IMG/VR virus record: IMGVR_UViG_3300017782_000009
Length of the DNA stretch: 64,000 nucleotides
Reading direction: 5' to 3' (one strand)
Source: an uncultured virus (IMG/VR IMGVR_UViG_3300017782_000009)
Taxonomy: Duplodnaviria; Heunggongvirae; Uroviricota; Caudoviricetes
This document shows, one piece after another, positions 20,475 to 28,842 of the stretch. The notes under the pieces are model-generated. The model saw only the letters and a list, made by a program, of their open reading frames with translations. It had not been told where the DNA came from and made no database searches. Within the stretch, counting starts at the first letter, position 1; each line of letters starts with the position of its first letter. The translations under genes were made by a program, and so were the position numbers.

Positions 20475-21368
20475 ATGACAGACAACAATATTGACAAAAA
20501 GGTCGATAGACAACAACAGTATTTTAGTGATGCACCAACAATGCCACTAACTACTAATGTAGATCAATTATCAGAAAAAGATAAAGAAACATTAAGTTCT
20601 GCTTATAATAAGCAATGGACTAATCCAAAATTCAAAATAAAATGGTTTGTGGGTCAAACACAAATTACCCCATTTGCAAAATTGCGTCAGTGGATGTTAG
20701 AACTTAGAAGTAGAGAAGAAACATTACAACAAATTTTGTACGATAATAAAAAATGGGAAGTTGAACGAGATCGCAACCAATGGATTGCTGATAATACTGA
20801 AGACCCATTTGATAAAAGATTAGCACAAATCGAAGCTGAAAACGAAACTAAGAATTTAGATCAGTCTCGTAAGAAACTACGTGAATATTATCTTGAAAGA
20901 CAAAATCTAATTGACCTTATTAATGAGTTTTTAGAGTCAGACGAAGCATTACTTCCAGATGGTTCAGGTAGAACTTATATGGATATTCTTAACACCGAAG
21001 AAGAAGATATATACGAAGCAGAGTATTGGACAAATAGATTAGCAAAACAAGCATCAACAGATCTAGTATTCTACGGCAGAATTAATACAGGAAACATGGA
21101 TGCTATTTTAAGTATGGCACCAGAACAACAAACCGAAACATTAGGACTTGCCCTTAGTTACGCATCTCAGTTACAAACAGTTCAAACTAAATTGCAACTT
21201 GAAGTGGACGAAAAATTAAAGTTAGGAGCTCAACCAACTAAAGATTTATTAACACCACAGCCGATGCAAGAAAAAATAACCAAGCAAGAAGCAGGACAGC
21301 CGTTCGACAGAGATACTTTTGAGCCAATTAACAACAAGGACGACGACTTTGATTTATATAATTCATGA
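20475..21368 (+). CDS. Hypothetical coiled-coil protein
   Basis: AGGAG SD and TAAATA at 20427-20432; helical E/K/Q-rich sequence. Confidence 0.65.
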   Translation: MTDNNIDKKVDRQQQYFSDAPTMPLTTNVDQLSEKDKETLSSAYNKQWTNPKFKIKWFVGQTQITPFAKLRQWMLELRSREETLQQILYDNKKWEVERDRNQWIADNTEDPFDKRLAQIEAENETKNLDQSRKKLREYYLERQNLIDLINEFLESDEALLPDGSGRTYMDILNTEEEDIYEAEYWTNRLAKQASTDLVFYGRINTGNMDAILSMAPEQQTETLGLALSYASQLQTVQTKLQLEVDEKLKLGAQPTKDLLTPQPMQEKITKQEAGQPFDRDTFEPINNKDDDFDLYNS

Positions 21369-21882
21369 AACTATAGCGAGTAATGATCCTCGCTGGATGC
21401 CTGGGATGGATAGAATCGGGGATTTTTGGAATTATACTATAAGCACAGCACCTGACGGAACTTTTGTTGATTGGTTAAATGGTGCTGTTGTTTCAGAAAA
21501 AGCAGCAAAGTCATATAAGTTTGTAACAGCACTAAACGGAGAAATACCAGTAGCAAAACAAACTGATATATACGAACAAATAGTGCAAGATACTGGTGAT
21601 ACACATACTGAAGAAGGTCCTAAATTCTATTACGAGTTGACTCAACAAGATACTAATAACGGACTTCAGTTTTTAAAGACTGTTATGAATTTGCATATTA
21701 AAAATAAATTAGATGCGAACAATGGATACATTCCTGCATTAACTAAAATGGGCAATGAAGTTACTACATTAGACGAAGCTCAGCGTTTAATGTATAATTA
21801 CTTTGAGTGTAATTTTCCTTCGACTAATTTAACTCCCCGTACCCCAACATTTAAAGTTAATTGGGCTGAAAAAGAAACATAA
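21349..21882 (+). CDS. Hypothetical protein, probable TTG start at 21349
   Basis: AAGGA at 21336-21340 precedes an in-frame TTG at 21349 (MIYIIHET...), shortening the overlap with the upstream gene. Confidence 0.55.
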   Translation: MIYIIHETIASNDPRWMPGMDRIGDFWNYTISTAPDGTFVDWLNGAVVSEKAAKSYKFVTALNGEIPVAKQTDIYEQIVQDTGDTHTEEGPKFYYELTQQDTNNGLQFLKTVMNLHIKNKLDANNGYIPALTKMGNEVTTLDEAQRLMYNYFECNFPSTNLTPRTPTFKVNWAEKET

Positions 21883-21888
21883 TTCAAC

Positions 21889-21917
21889 TTGACAGAGATC
21901 GCATTATATGCTATACT
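21889..21917 (+). promoter_or_regulatory. Sigma70-type promoter
   Basis: TTGACA (21889-21894), 17-nt spacer, TATACT (21912-21917), with an extended -10 TG. Confidence 0.8.
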
Positions 21918-21951
21918 AAGTATAAAATATAGCTATACTAGTGAGACATGA

Positions 21952-23622
21952 ATGCAAAAAATATTTAGTGTACCTTTAAACCCTAAACTTTCTCCTGAAC
22001 AATTTCAGGAGTATTATGATTTTTTAAAGACGTACAAACACCTTATATACGATGTATACTTTACAAGTAGAATACCGCCTTTTGTGCAAGATGCAATGGG
22101 TGATATTTTCATGCATAATGAAGATTATTCATATGCAATTAATACAGCATTGTATATTCAACAAGAAATAGGTATACCAGTTAGTGCTACATTTAATAAT
22201 ACTACAGTACCTCCAACACAATCTAATCTAGATACACTTATTAGAAACTTTAAACCGTTGTATGATGCAGGTGTAAGAACTGTAACTATTCCGCATACAC
22301 ATTGGATGGCAACAGGACAAATTAAAAAAGCATTTCCTGAATTACAAGTTAAAAATACAATTTTAAGAGATGTGCGTACTGCCAGTGAAATAGTTAATCT
22401 CGCTAAAGTAGGATTTGATTACATTAATCTTGATAGAGATTTAATGCGTGATAGAGATACATTATTACGTTTGAAAGAGGCAAAAGATTGGATTAAAGTT
22501 AATTTAGGGAAAGAAATAAGGTATAGTTTACTTGCTAATGAAGGATGTTTAGGAAACTGTCCAATGATGGTTGAACATTTTGAGTTTAATAATACAAGAC
22601 AAGATCCAACACCGCAATACTTTAATGATCCTATTAGTCGTGTTAGTTGCCCGAAATGGGACGTATTAGATCCTTCAGTTCATTTAAAAACGGCAGACCT
22701 TCCACCGTGGAAAGAAGACTGGGAAGAATTTTTAAACGACTTAGGTATTGATGTATTTAAAATGCACGGACGTGAAGCAATACCAAGACTTTACGAAACA
22801 ATGGAAATAATTCGTAAATGGGATAGAGACGAAGAAATTGTTGCAGCAGGATTTGAAACATATCTTGAAGAAACAAATTTAAAAGACAAGCCTATTAATA
22901 TATGGCGTAACAAAATTAAAAATTGTAAATTTGATTGTTGGGAATGTCAATATTGTGATAAAATTTATAAGGCTAAGTCAGACTTAGATCATAGTGATAT
23001 TATTAAACATGTAGCATCAGTTATTGCCGATAGCGGAGTACCTAAGATAAAAATTGATGTGCCAGGATTAACTAGTCCAAGAGTACAAACAGTATTAAAT
23101 GGTATTGCACAGGGAGTTGGCAGTTACTTAGAAATTGGCTCATACTTAGGTGCTACAATGTGTTCAGTTATTAAAGATAACCCTATAAATGCTATTGCTA
23201 TTGATCAATGGGAAGAACAAATTCAACCCCAAAAAGACGAAACACTTCCGCCAAACAATCTTGAAGAATTTAAAAAGAACATTGAAAAGTATCAACCTCA
23301 GTCAGGAGGTGTAACTGTAATTAATGCTGATATGATGTCAGTTGATACAACTCCTTGGCAAAAGCAAGTACAGATGTTCTTCTATGATGGCCCTCACGAT
23401 GCTAAAAGTACACGCGATGCTGTTATACATTATTGGAATACATTTGCAAATGAGGTTGTTTTAATATTTGACGATGCTAATTGGGAAGGAGTTGTTGAAG
23501 GCGCAAGAGAAGCAATTAACACCTGTGAAGGATTAGTAACGTATGAGAAGATATTACTAAACAGTGAAGAGAATCCAAAAGAATGGTGGAACGGATTATA
23601 CATATTGGTTGTTAGAACATGA
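21952..23622 (+). CDS. Peptidase-U32-family (Fe-S) domain fused to a class I SAM methyltransferase (Methyltransf_24-like)
   Basis: N-terminal 'INLDRDL', 'LLANEGCLGNCP', 'VFKMHGRE' and 'CKFDCWECQYC'. C-terminal 'YLEIGSYLG', 'FFYDGPH' and 'LIFDD'. Confidence 0.7.
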   Translation: MQKIFSVPLNPKLSPEQFQEYYDFLKTYKHLIYDVYFTSRIPPFVQDAMGDIFMHNEDYSYAINTALYIQQEIGIPVSATFNNTTVPPTQSNLDTLIRNFKPLYDAGVRTVTIPHTHWMATGQIKKAFPELQVKNTILRDVRTASEIVNLAKVGFDYINLDRDLMRDRDTLLRLKEAKDWIKVNLGKEIRYSLLANEGCLGNCPMMVEHFEFNNTRQDPTPQYFNDPISRVSCPKWDVLDPSVHLKTADLPPWKEDWEEFLNDLGIDVFKMHGREAIPRLYETMEIIRKWDRDEEIVAAGFETYLEETNLKDKPINIWRNKIKNCKFDCWECQYCDKIYKAKSDLDHSDIIKHVASVIADSGVPKIKIDVPGLTSPRVQTVLNGIAQGVGSYLEIGSYLGATMCSVIKDNPINAIAIDQWEEQIQPQKDETLPPNNLEEFKKNIEKYQPQSGGVTVINADMMSVDTTPWQKQVQMFFYDGPHDAKSTRDAVIHYWNTFANEVVLIFDDANWEGVVEGAREAINTCEGLVTYEKILLNSEENPKEWWNGLYILVVRT

Positions 23623-24206
23623 TACATAACTTTTTTAGTACTCCTATATACATTGATGCTGATCAAGACAATACAGTTGAATCAGAATTATCATCAATTA
23701 TACCTAGATTAGAGTTTAAGAACGATTGGCAACCTCATAATGATACAGCAAATACTACGTTTATACCAAATAAACAAACTAATATAATAGAAGATTATAA
23801 GTTACTTAATACTAAAAAATTAATTCTTAAGCACGTAAAAAAGTATCTTAATGATGCACAACAGTCTATCGAAGATGAGTATCAAATAGTAGAGTCGTGG
23901 TTAAATATATTTGAGAAAGATAATAACATTGGACTTCATGAACACGGGTATCAACCTAATACAGTAAGTGGAGTATACTATCATAAAGCCGATAAAGATT
24001 GCGGAATGATTTCTTTTAAAAGCCCAAATCCGTTTGTTATTTCTTTCCCTCATAGATGTGAACAGTATAGTAACATTGTTAGAGTTCCACCAGAGCAAGG
24101 AATGATAATATTATTTCCTAGTTGGTTACAACATAAAGTGGAGCCAAACAAAGCAGATAAAGAGAGAGTTTCTTTATCTTTTAACATAGAATTTTTATAT
24201 AGGTAG
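23619..24206 (+). CDS. 2OG-Fe(II) oxygenase (TIGR02466-like)
   Basis: WLN...HEH...SGVYY...LFPSWLQHKV...RVSLSFN; ATGA overlap with the upstream gene. Confidence 0.8.
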   Translation: MIHNFFSTPIYIDADQDNTVESELSSIIPRLEFKNDWQPHNDTANTTFIPNKQTNIIEDYKLLNTKKLILKHVKKYLNDAQQSIEDEYQIVESWLNIFEKDNNIGLHEHGYQPNTVSGVYYHKADKDCGMISFKSPNPFVISFPHRCEQYSNIVRVPPEQGMIILFPSWLQHKVEPNKADKERVSLSFNIEFLYR

Positions 24207-24210
24207 AAGA

Positions 24211-25725
24211 ATGTTTTTAAATAAAGTAAAAAAAATTGTAATATTCGGTGGCGGAACAAGTGGATGGTTATCTGCAGCCTATCTAAGAAATCAATTACAA
24301 GTTCCGGCTGAAATTGTATTAATTGAAGACTCAGATGCAGGACCAATTGGTGTTGGTGAAGGTACACAACCATTAACAGCAGAATTTTTATGGCGTTGCG
24401 GAATACCACCTCACAAGTGGATGAATGCTAGTGATGCATCATTTAAGTATGGTGTTGAATGCATTGGGTGGAACGATGAGCCTTATTTTGTTGACAATGA
24501 CACGGCTGTAAATAGTGTAATTGCTGAGGACTTTTTCTACTCAGACTATTTTATAGACAAACCTTATTCAGAATTAGCAGAATGGCATCCTGCATATCGA
24601 CTTGCTAAAGCAAATAAATCTTTAAAGTATGAAGATTATCTAGATGTTAATACAGGTATGGGACCAAGTGGCTTTGGCTCTGTACATTTTTCTGCATATC
24701 AAATTATTAAAACAATCAAAGATCTAATAATTGACGATATTACATATATTGATACTAAGATTACAAGTATTACAAAAAATGAAAATGGTATTGAATATTT
24801 AATAAATGAAGAAGGCGAAAAATATACAGGTGATTTATTTTTAGACTGTACAGGATTTAGTAGTTTATTACTTGAAAAAGAGTTGGGATCAAAATGGCAG
24901 TCATTTAACGATTTAGGATTACTTACTGATAGAGCTGTAATGATACAGACACAATATACTAATCCCCAAGAAGAATGTCATCCTTATACAAAAGCAACTA
25001 CAATGGATGCAGGCTGGTGTTTTACTATTCCTATCTTTACAAGAGTTGGTAACGGATACATATATTCAAGTAAACATATTAGCGACGAAGATGCCGAAGC
25101 AGAACTAAGAAAACATTTAGGTGAGTATGTTGCACCAGCTAAACACTTAAAGATGAAATGTGGTGCCCATCATCAGATTGCTTTAAAAAATGTAGTAGGA
25201 GTTGGTCTTAGTGCAGGCTTTGTTGAGCCATTAGAAGCAACAGGAATTACATTTACAACAGCACTAGTACATAGTTTAACTGATTTATTAAATGCAAATA
25301 ATAATGTTTGGTCTGACCAAGCCAAACATTTAATGAATCAAGGCTTTGGTGAAATGTCTGCAGAAATATTTACATTTGTTTGGGCACATTATCACTATAG
25401 TACAAGAAGTGATACAGAATTTTGGAAAGAAATTCGTAGCCAAAAAATTGAAGATAGACCAAGATTTGTAAAAGAAATACTTGGAGCATTTTTACCTCAA
25501 CCACAAAGATTTTTACATTTAACACCAAGCAGTATGTTCTGTGTTACACAATGGTTTAGTATGCTTCATGCTGGCGGAGCATATGAAGGAACAGAGTCTG
25601 TTTTAACTGACAAGCAAAAACAATATGCTGAGTATTTTTGTAAATCGCATACCGCTAGAGTAGAACTAGCAGAAGATATGTTTTTAAATCATTATGATTA
25701 TCTAAAAGAATGGTATGAAAGATGA
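24211..25725 (+). CDS. Flavin-dependent halogenase (tryptophan halogenase/PrnA family)
   Basis: GGGTSG FAD motif, IGVGEGT, 'ASFKYG' (catalytic-Lys position), FLDCTGF, GWCFTIP (WxWxIP variant) and GFVEPLEATG. Confidence 0.85.
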   Translation: MFLNKVKKIVIFGGGTSGWLSAAYLRNQLQVPAEIVLIEDSDAGPIGVGEGTQPLTAEFLWRCGIPPHKWMNASDASFKYGVECIGWNDEPYFVDNDTAVNSVIAEDFFYSDYFIDKPYSELAEWHPAYRLAKANKSLKYEDYLDVNTGMGPSGFGSVHFSAYQIIKTIKDLIIDDITYIDTKITSITKNENGIEYLINEEGEKYTGDLFLDCTGFSSLLLEKELGSKWQSFNDLGLLTDRAVMIQTQYTNPQEECHPYTKATTMDAGWCFTIPIFTRVGNGYIYSSKHISDEDAEAELRKHLGEYVAPAKHLKMKCGAHHQIALKNVVGVGLSAGFVEPLEATGITFTTALVHSLTDLLNANNNVWSDQAKHLMNQGFGEMSAEIFTFVWAHYHYSTRSDTEFWKEIRSQKIEDRPRFVKEILGAFLPQPQRFLHLTPSSMFCVTQWFSMLHAGGAYEGTESVLTDKQKQYAEYFCKSHTARVELAEDMFLNHYDYLKEWYER

Positions 25726-26303
25726 CATCAATATTAACGGCTAAGTTTTTTCATAACGAAAATGTAGGTACAGAAGTACAAGTATCTCAACTACTTGATG
25801 ATATCAATAGTGTTTATGATGCAACACCTTCAACAGATGCTACTAATTTAGACTGTTGGAGATCTTCGCATGTTTATGAAAATATAAGTTGGCTAACTGA
25901 TGCAATTATAGATCTAGTAAACGAAAATGTTGATTACTATAGTAAATTAGATAGCATTTTTTCAAAACTAATGACAAAACATAATCGTAAATATATTTTA
26001 ACTTACTGGACTAACGTAAATAACCCAGGAAGTAGAAATGTAATGCATAGTCATAAAGACGCAATATTTTCTGGTGTATACTATGTAAAAGGTGCAGATA
26101 CAGGAGACTTAAGAATAGTTAATCCAGCTAACGTACTAGGAGATTGCGACAGTGCTTCACCATTTGTTAGAGACTTTTATTTTACTCCAGCAGATAAAGA
26201 TCTAATAATGTGGCCAAGTTGGCTACCTCATGAAGTAGAAACAAATAAACATGCAAGTAAAAATAGAATTAATATAGCATTTGATATTAGGATAGCAAAA
26301 TGA
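25722..26303 (+). CDS. 2OG-Fe(II) oxygenase (TIGR02466-like), second copy
   Basis: WTNVN...HSH...FSGVYY...WPSWLPHEV...RINIAFD; ATGA overlap. Confidence 0.8.
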   Translation: MTSILTAKFFHNENVGTEVQVSQLLDDINSVYDATPSTDATNLDCWRSSHVYENISWLTDAIIDLVNENVDYYSKLDSIFSKLMTKHNRKYILTYWTNVNNPGSRNVMHSHKDAIFSGVYYVKGADTGDLRIVNPANVLGDCDSASPFVRDFYFTPADKDLIMWPSWLPHEVETNKHASKNRINIAFDIRIAK

Positions 26304-27037
26304 AAAAGATACAATTTTTCTCAACAATACCAGGTGTAGCAGAAGCATGTCCAATTATACCTGCAAGTAAGTATATTACTAACTGGCAAAAACGAGCTAG
26401 AGAAGACTACAAAGCATCGTCAAAAAGATCAAAAGGTAGGATGGATCATATTGCTCAATGCCCGGGTATATTTGATTTAAACAAACATGGATACATCTTA
26501 CCAATGTGGCATGATGTTTTAATTGAGACTATGGGAGACGGCAAAGAGTTTAAGTGGACAGTCCCAACATCAGATATTCACGAGCTTGCTGAAGGTAAGG
26601 AAATTATTAGTAAGCAACAAACTGGAGTTGAAACACTAATGCCAGTTAAACCTTGGAGCATGACTTCACTAATTAAATTTAACACACCTTGGAACGTTAT
26701 TGCACCTAAAGGTGTTAAATTTATAATGATACCAATTGCATATCCTGATAGTTTTGAGCTAGAAAGTAGTATAGGTATATTAGATCCAAGTGTAAGTACT
26801 GAGTTAAATGTTCAAGCATTTTACAATATTCCTAAAGGAGAATATCTTCTTAAAGCAGGAACACCTTTGGCACAAATTATACCATTATCAGAGCAACAGT
26901 TTGAGTTAGTAGTAAGAGATAAAAATGCAAGTGACGAGCTTTGGTTAAAAAAGAAACAATTTATTATGAACTTTACATTTAAAATTAAACGTAACTTAGT
27001 TCAAGATATATACAATAAACATTTTGGAGGAAAATAA
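26300..27037 (+). CDS. Hypothetical protein, possibly with a dUTPase-like/DUF6065-like beta fold
   Basis: 'CPGIFD...GYILP.W.D', 'KFNTPW...PKG' and 'LKAGTPLAQIIP'; ATGA overlap. Confidence 0.5.
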   Translation: MKKIQFFSTIPGVAEACPIIPASKYITNWQKRAREDYKASSKRSKGRMDHIAQCPGIFDLNKHGYILPMWHDVLIETMGDGKEFKWTVPTSDIHELAEGKEIISKQQTGVETLMPVKPWSMTSLIKFNTPWNVIAPKGVKFIMIPIAYPDSFELESSIGILDPSVSTELNVQAFYNIPKGEYLLKAGTPLAQIIPLSEQQFELVVRDKNASDELWLKKKQFIMNFTFKIKRNLVQDIYNKHFGGK

Positions 27038-27480
27038 TGGCTATTGAAGAATTTGCAACACAAGAGTTGAGCATTTTTACAATTAAGAAAAAAGAAGTAA
27101 AAGACTCCTATACTATGCGTAAGTTCCAACGAGATCGCTTACGATCACAAGTATTATTAACTCAACTATTAGACGAGAAGGATCTTGTTCTCTTTTATAT
27201 CGATGAAGAAGGTATAGAGCAACATACTGTTGCAACTAGAAATTCACATCGCCAGCCTTTAGAAGAAGAACCCATAACAATGGAAGAATATAAAAAGGGT
27301 CCTGTTAAAGAAATTCAACATATTAGTTTTCTTAAAATACCAGGCTATACACCAATGATATTACACGTTGATTGTATTACTAAATTTATTGTAGCATCTC
27401 ATGATATTTACGAAATACTTAATCGTGAAACACCGCCAGAAGATTTGCACGGATCAAACATCAAACAAGATCAAATATAA
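27037..27480 (+). CDS. Hypothetical protein
   Basis: GGAGG SD, TAATG coupling, 147 aa. Confidence 0.6.
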   Translation: MAIEEFATQELSIFTIKKKEVKDSYTMRKFQRDRLRSQVLLTQLLDEKDLVLFYIDEEGIEQHTVATRNSHRQPLEEEPITMEEYKKGPVKEIQHISFLKIPGYTPMILHVDCITKFIVASHDIYEILNRETPPEDLHGSNIKQDQI

Positions 27481-27523
27481 GTAGTCACGTACAGATAAAT
27501 ACTCTATATAAAGGAGTTTTTTA

Positions 27524-28840
27524 ATGGCATCAAATCAAGCACCAGTTGTCGATAGAATTAGAATAATTCCTAGACCTGACGACTTTTTAGATAGAAATGT
27601 TGGTTCTAGTGGTGAAGTATTCTTTAATAAAGCAACAAATTCATTAAGAGTGTACAGTGGCGCAATAGCTGGTGGCTACGAACTAGTTACGTCAGATTTA
27701 GCAAACGTAACTAATGATGCACTACTGACAAAAGCAACTACAGCAGGCCTTGCTAAAACAGATTTAACCAATATTGCTGACAGTGATTTTTTAACAAAAG
27801 CAAACCAAGCAGGAATAACAGCAGGATCAGGCGGAGCAAGTATTGATGTTTCTGCATCGGTTCCTAGTTCACCATCTGAAGGAAGTATTTGGCTTAATAG
27901 TAATACTGGAGCGTTGTATGTTTACATTACTGATGTAGATGGTTCGCAATGGATTCAACCAGTAGTTGGAGTATCCACAGGCGGCGGCAGTGGCGATACT
28001 AATCAAAACGCATTTAGTAACTTTGCAATAACAGGACAATCTACAGTAACAGCTGACACTACAACTGATACAGTTAATTTTGCCGCAGGTTCGGGCATGA
28101 CTATTACTACTAGCGGAGACACTATTACGTTTGCCTCAACAGGCGGCGGTGGAGGCGGAGGCGGAATTGCTTTAACAGATTTATCTATTACTACAGCAAG
28201 TGCAAATGCTACGCCATCATTAGTATATGATGACACTACAGGAGTATTTACATACACGCCACCCGCTATAGACAATTTTATTACAGCAAGTAGTACTGAC
28301 GAGCTTACAAATAAAACAGGAAACATTAGTCAATGGACTAATGATGCAAACTATCTAACTTCAACTGTTGAAACAGATACATTAGATAGTGTAACTGGCA
28401 GAGGTGCTACTACAACTAATGACATCACAGTAGGCGATATAACTGCTGATGCATATATTAATGCAGGCACAGGTTCACCAACATTTACTAGTGCTAGTTC
28501 AATAACACTAACAGCACCAGACGGAGTAATATCAAACGGTGTTTTTGCTCCTAAGTATACTGGACTAATAAAAGGATCAGGTACATTTTCAGTAACTGGC
28601 TCAGGCGTAAGTACTGCTAGTAGTGCTGACAATGGTACAGGTGATTATACTTTAACTTTTACTAATCCCCTTGGCGCTGATACTGACAGTTTTGGAATAG
28701 TAGGAAATGCACAAAATCAATCAGGACCTGCAATGGTATCGTTTGTCAAAACAAGTACTACTGTAATTCGAATATATGTACATGATGCAACTGGCGCCAA
28801 CATAGATGCTGATGTGTTTATTACAATTTATGAGCTGTAA
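27524..28840 (+). CDS. Tail fibre-like protein
   Basis: TAAATA (27496-27501) and AAGGAG SD. T/S/G-rich, with 'PSSPSEGSIWLNS', 'NQNAFSN' and 'YDDTTGVFTYTPP' modules. Confidence 0.7.
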   Translation: MASNQAPVVDRIRIIPRPDDFLDRNVGSSGEVFFNKATNSLRVYSGAIAGGYELVTSDLANVTNDALLTKATTAGLAKTDLTNIADSDFLTKANQAGITAGSGGASIDVSASVPSSPSEGSIWLNSNTGALYVYITDVDGSQWIQPVVGVSTGGGSGDTNQNAFSNFAITGQSTVTADTTTDTVNFAAGSGMTITTSGDTITFASTGGGGGGGGIALTDLSITTASANATPSLVYDDTTGVFTYTPPAIDNFITASSTDELTNKTGNISQWTNDANYLTSTVETDTLDSVTGRGATTTNDITVGDITADAYINAGTGSPTFTSASSITLTAPDGVISNGVFAPKYTGLIKGSGTFSVTGSGVSTASSADNGTGDYTLTFTNPLGADTDSFGIVGNAQNQSGPAMVSFVKTSTTVIRIYVHDATGANIDADVFITIYEL

Positions 28841-28842
28841 CG

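Noticed and set aside
21319..21368. Programmed frameshift suggested by ORF overlaps here and at 55923-55975
   Set aside because: Both overlaps are explained by SD-led TTG starts (21349 and 55962)
28142..28165. G-rich tract as a G-quadruplex or repeat element
   Set aside because: It encodes a poly-Gly linker in a fibre protein
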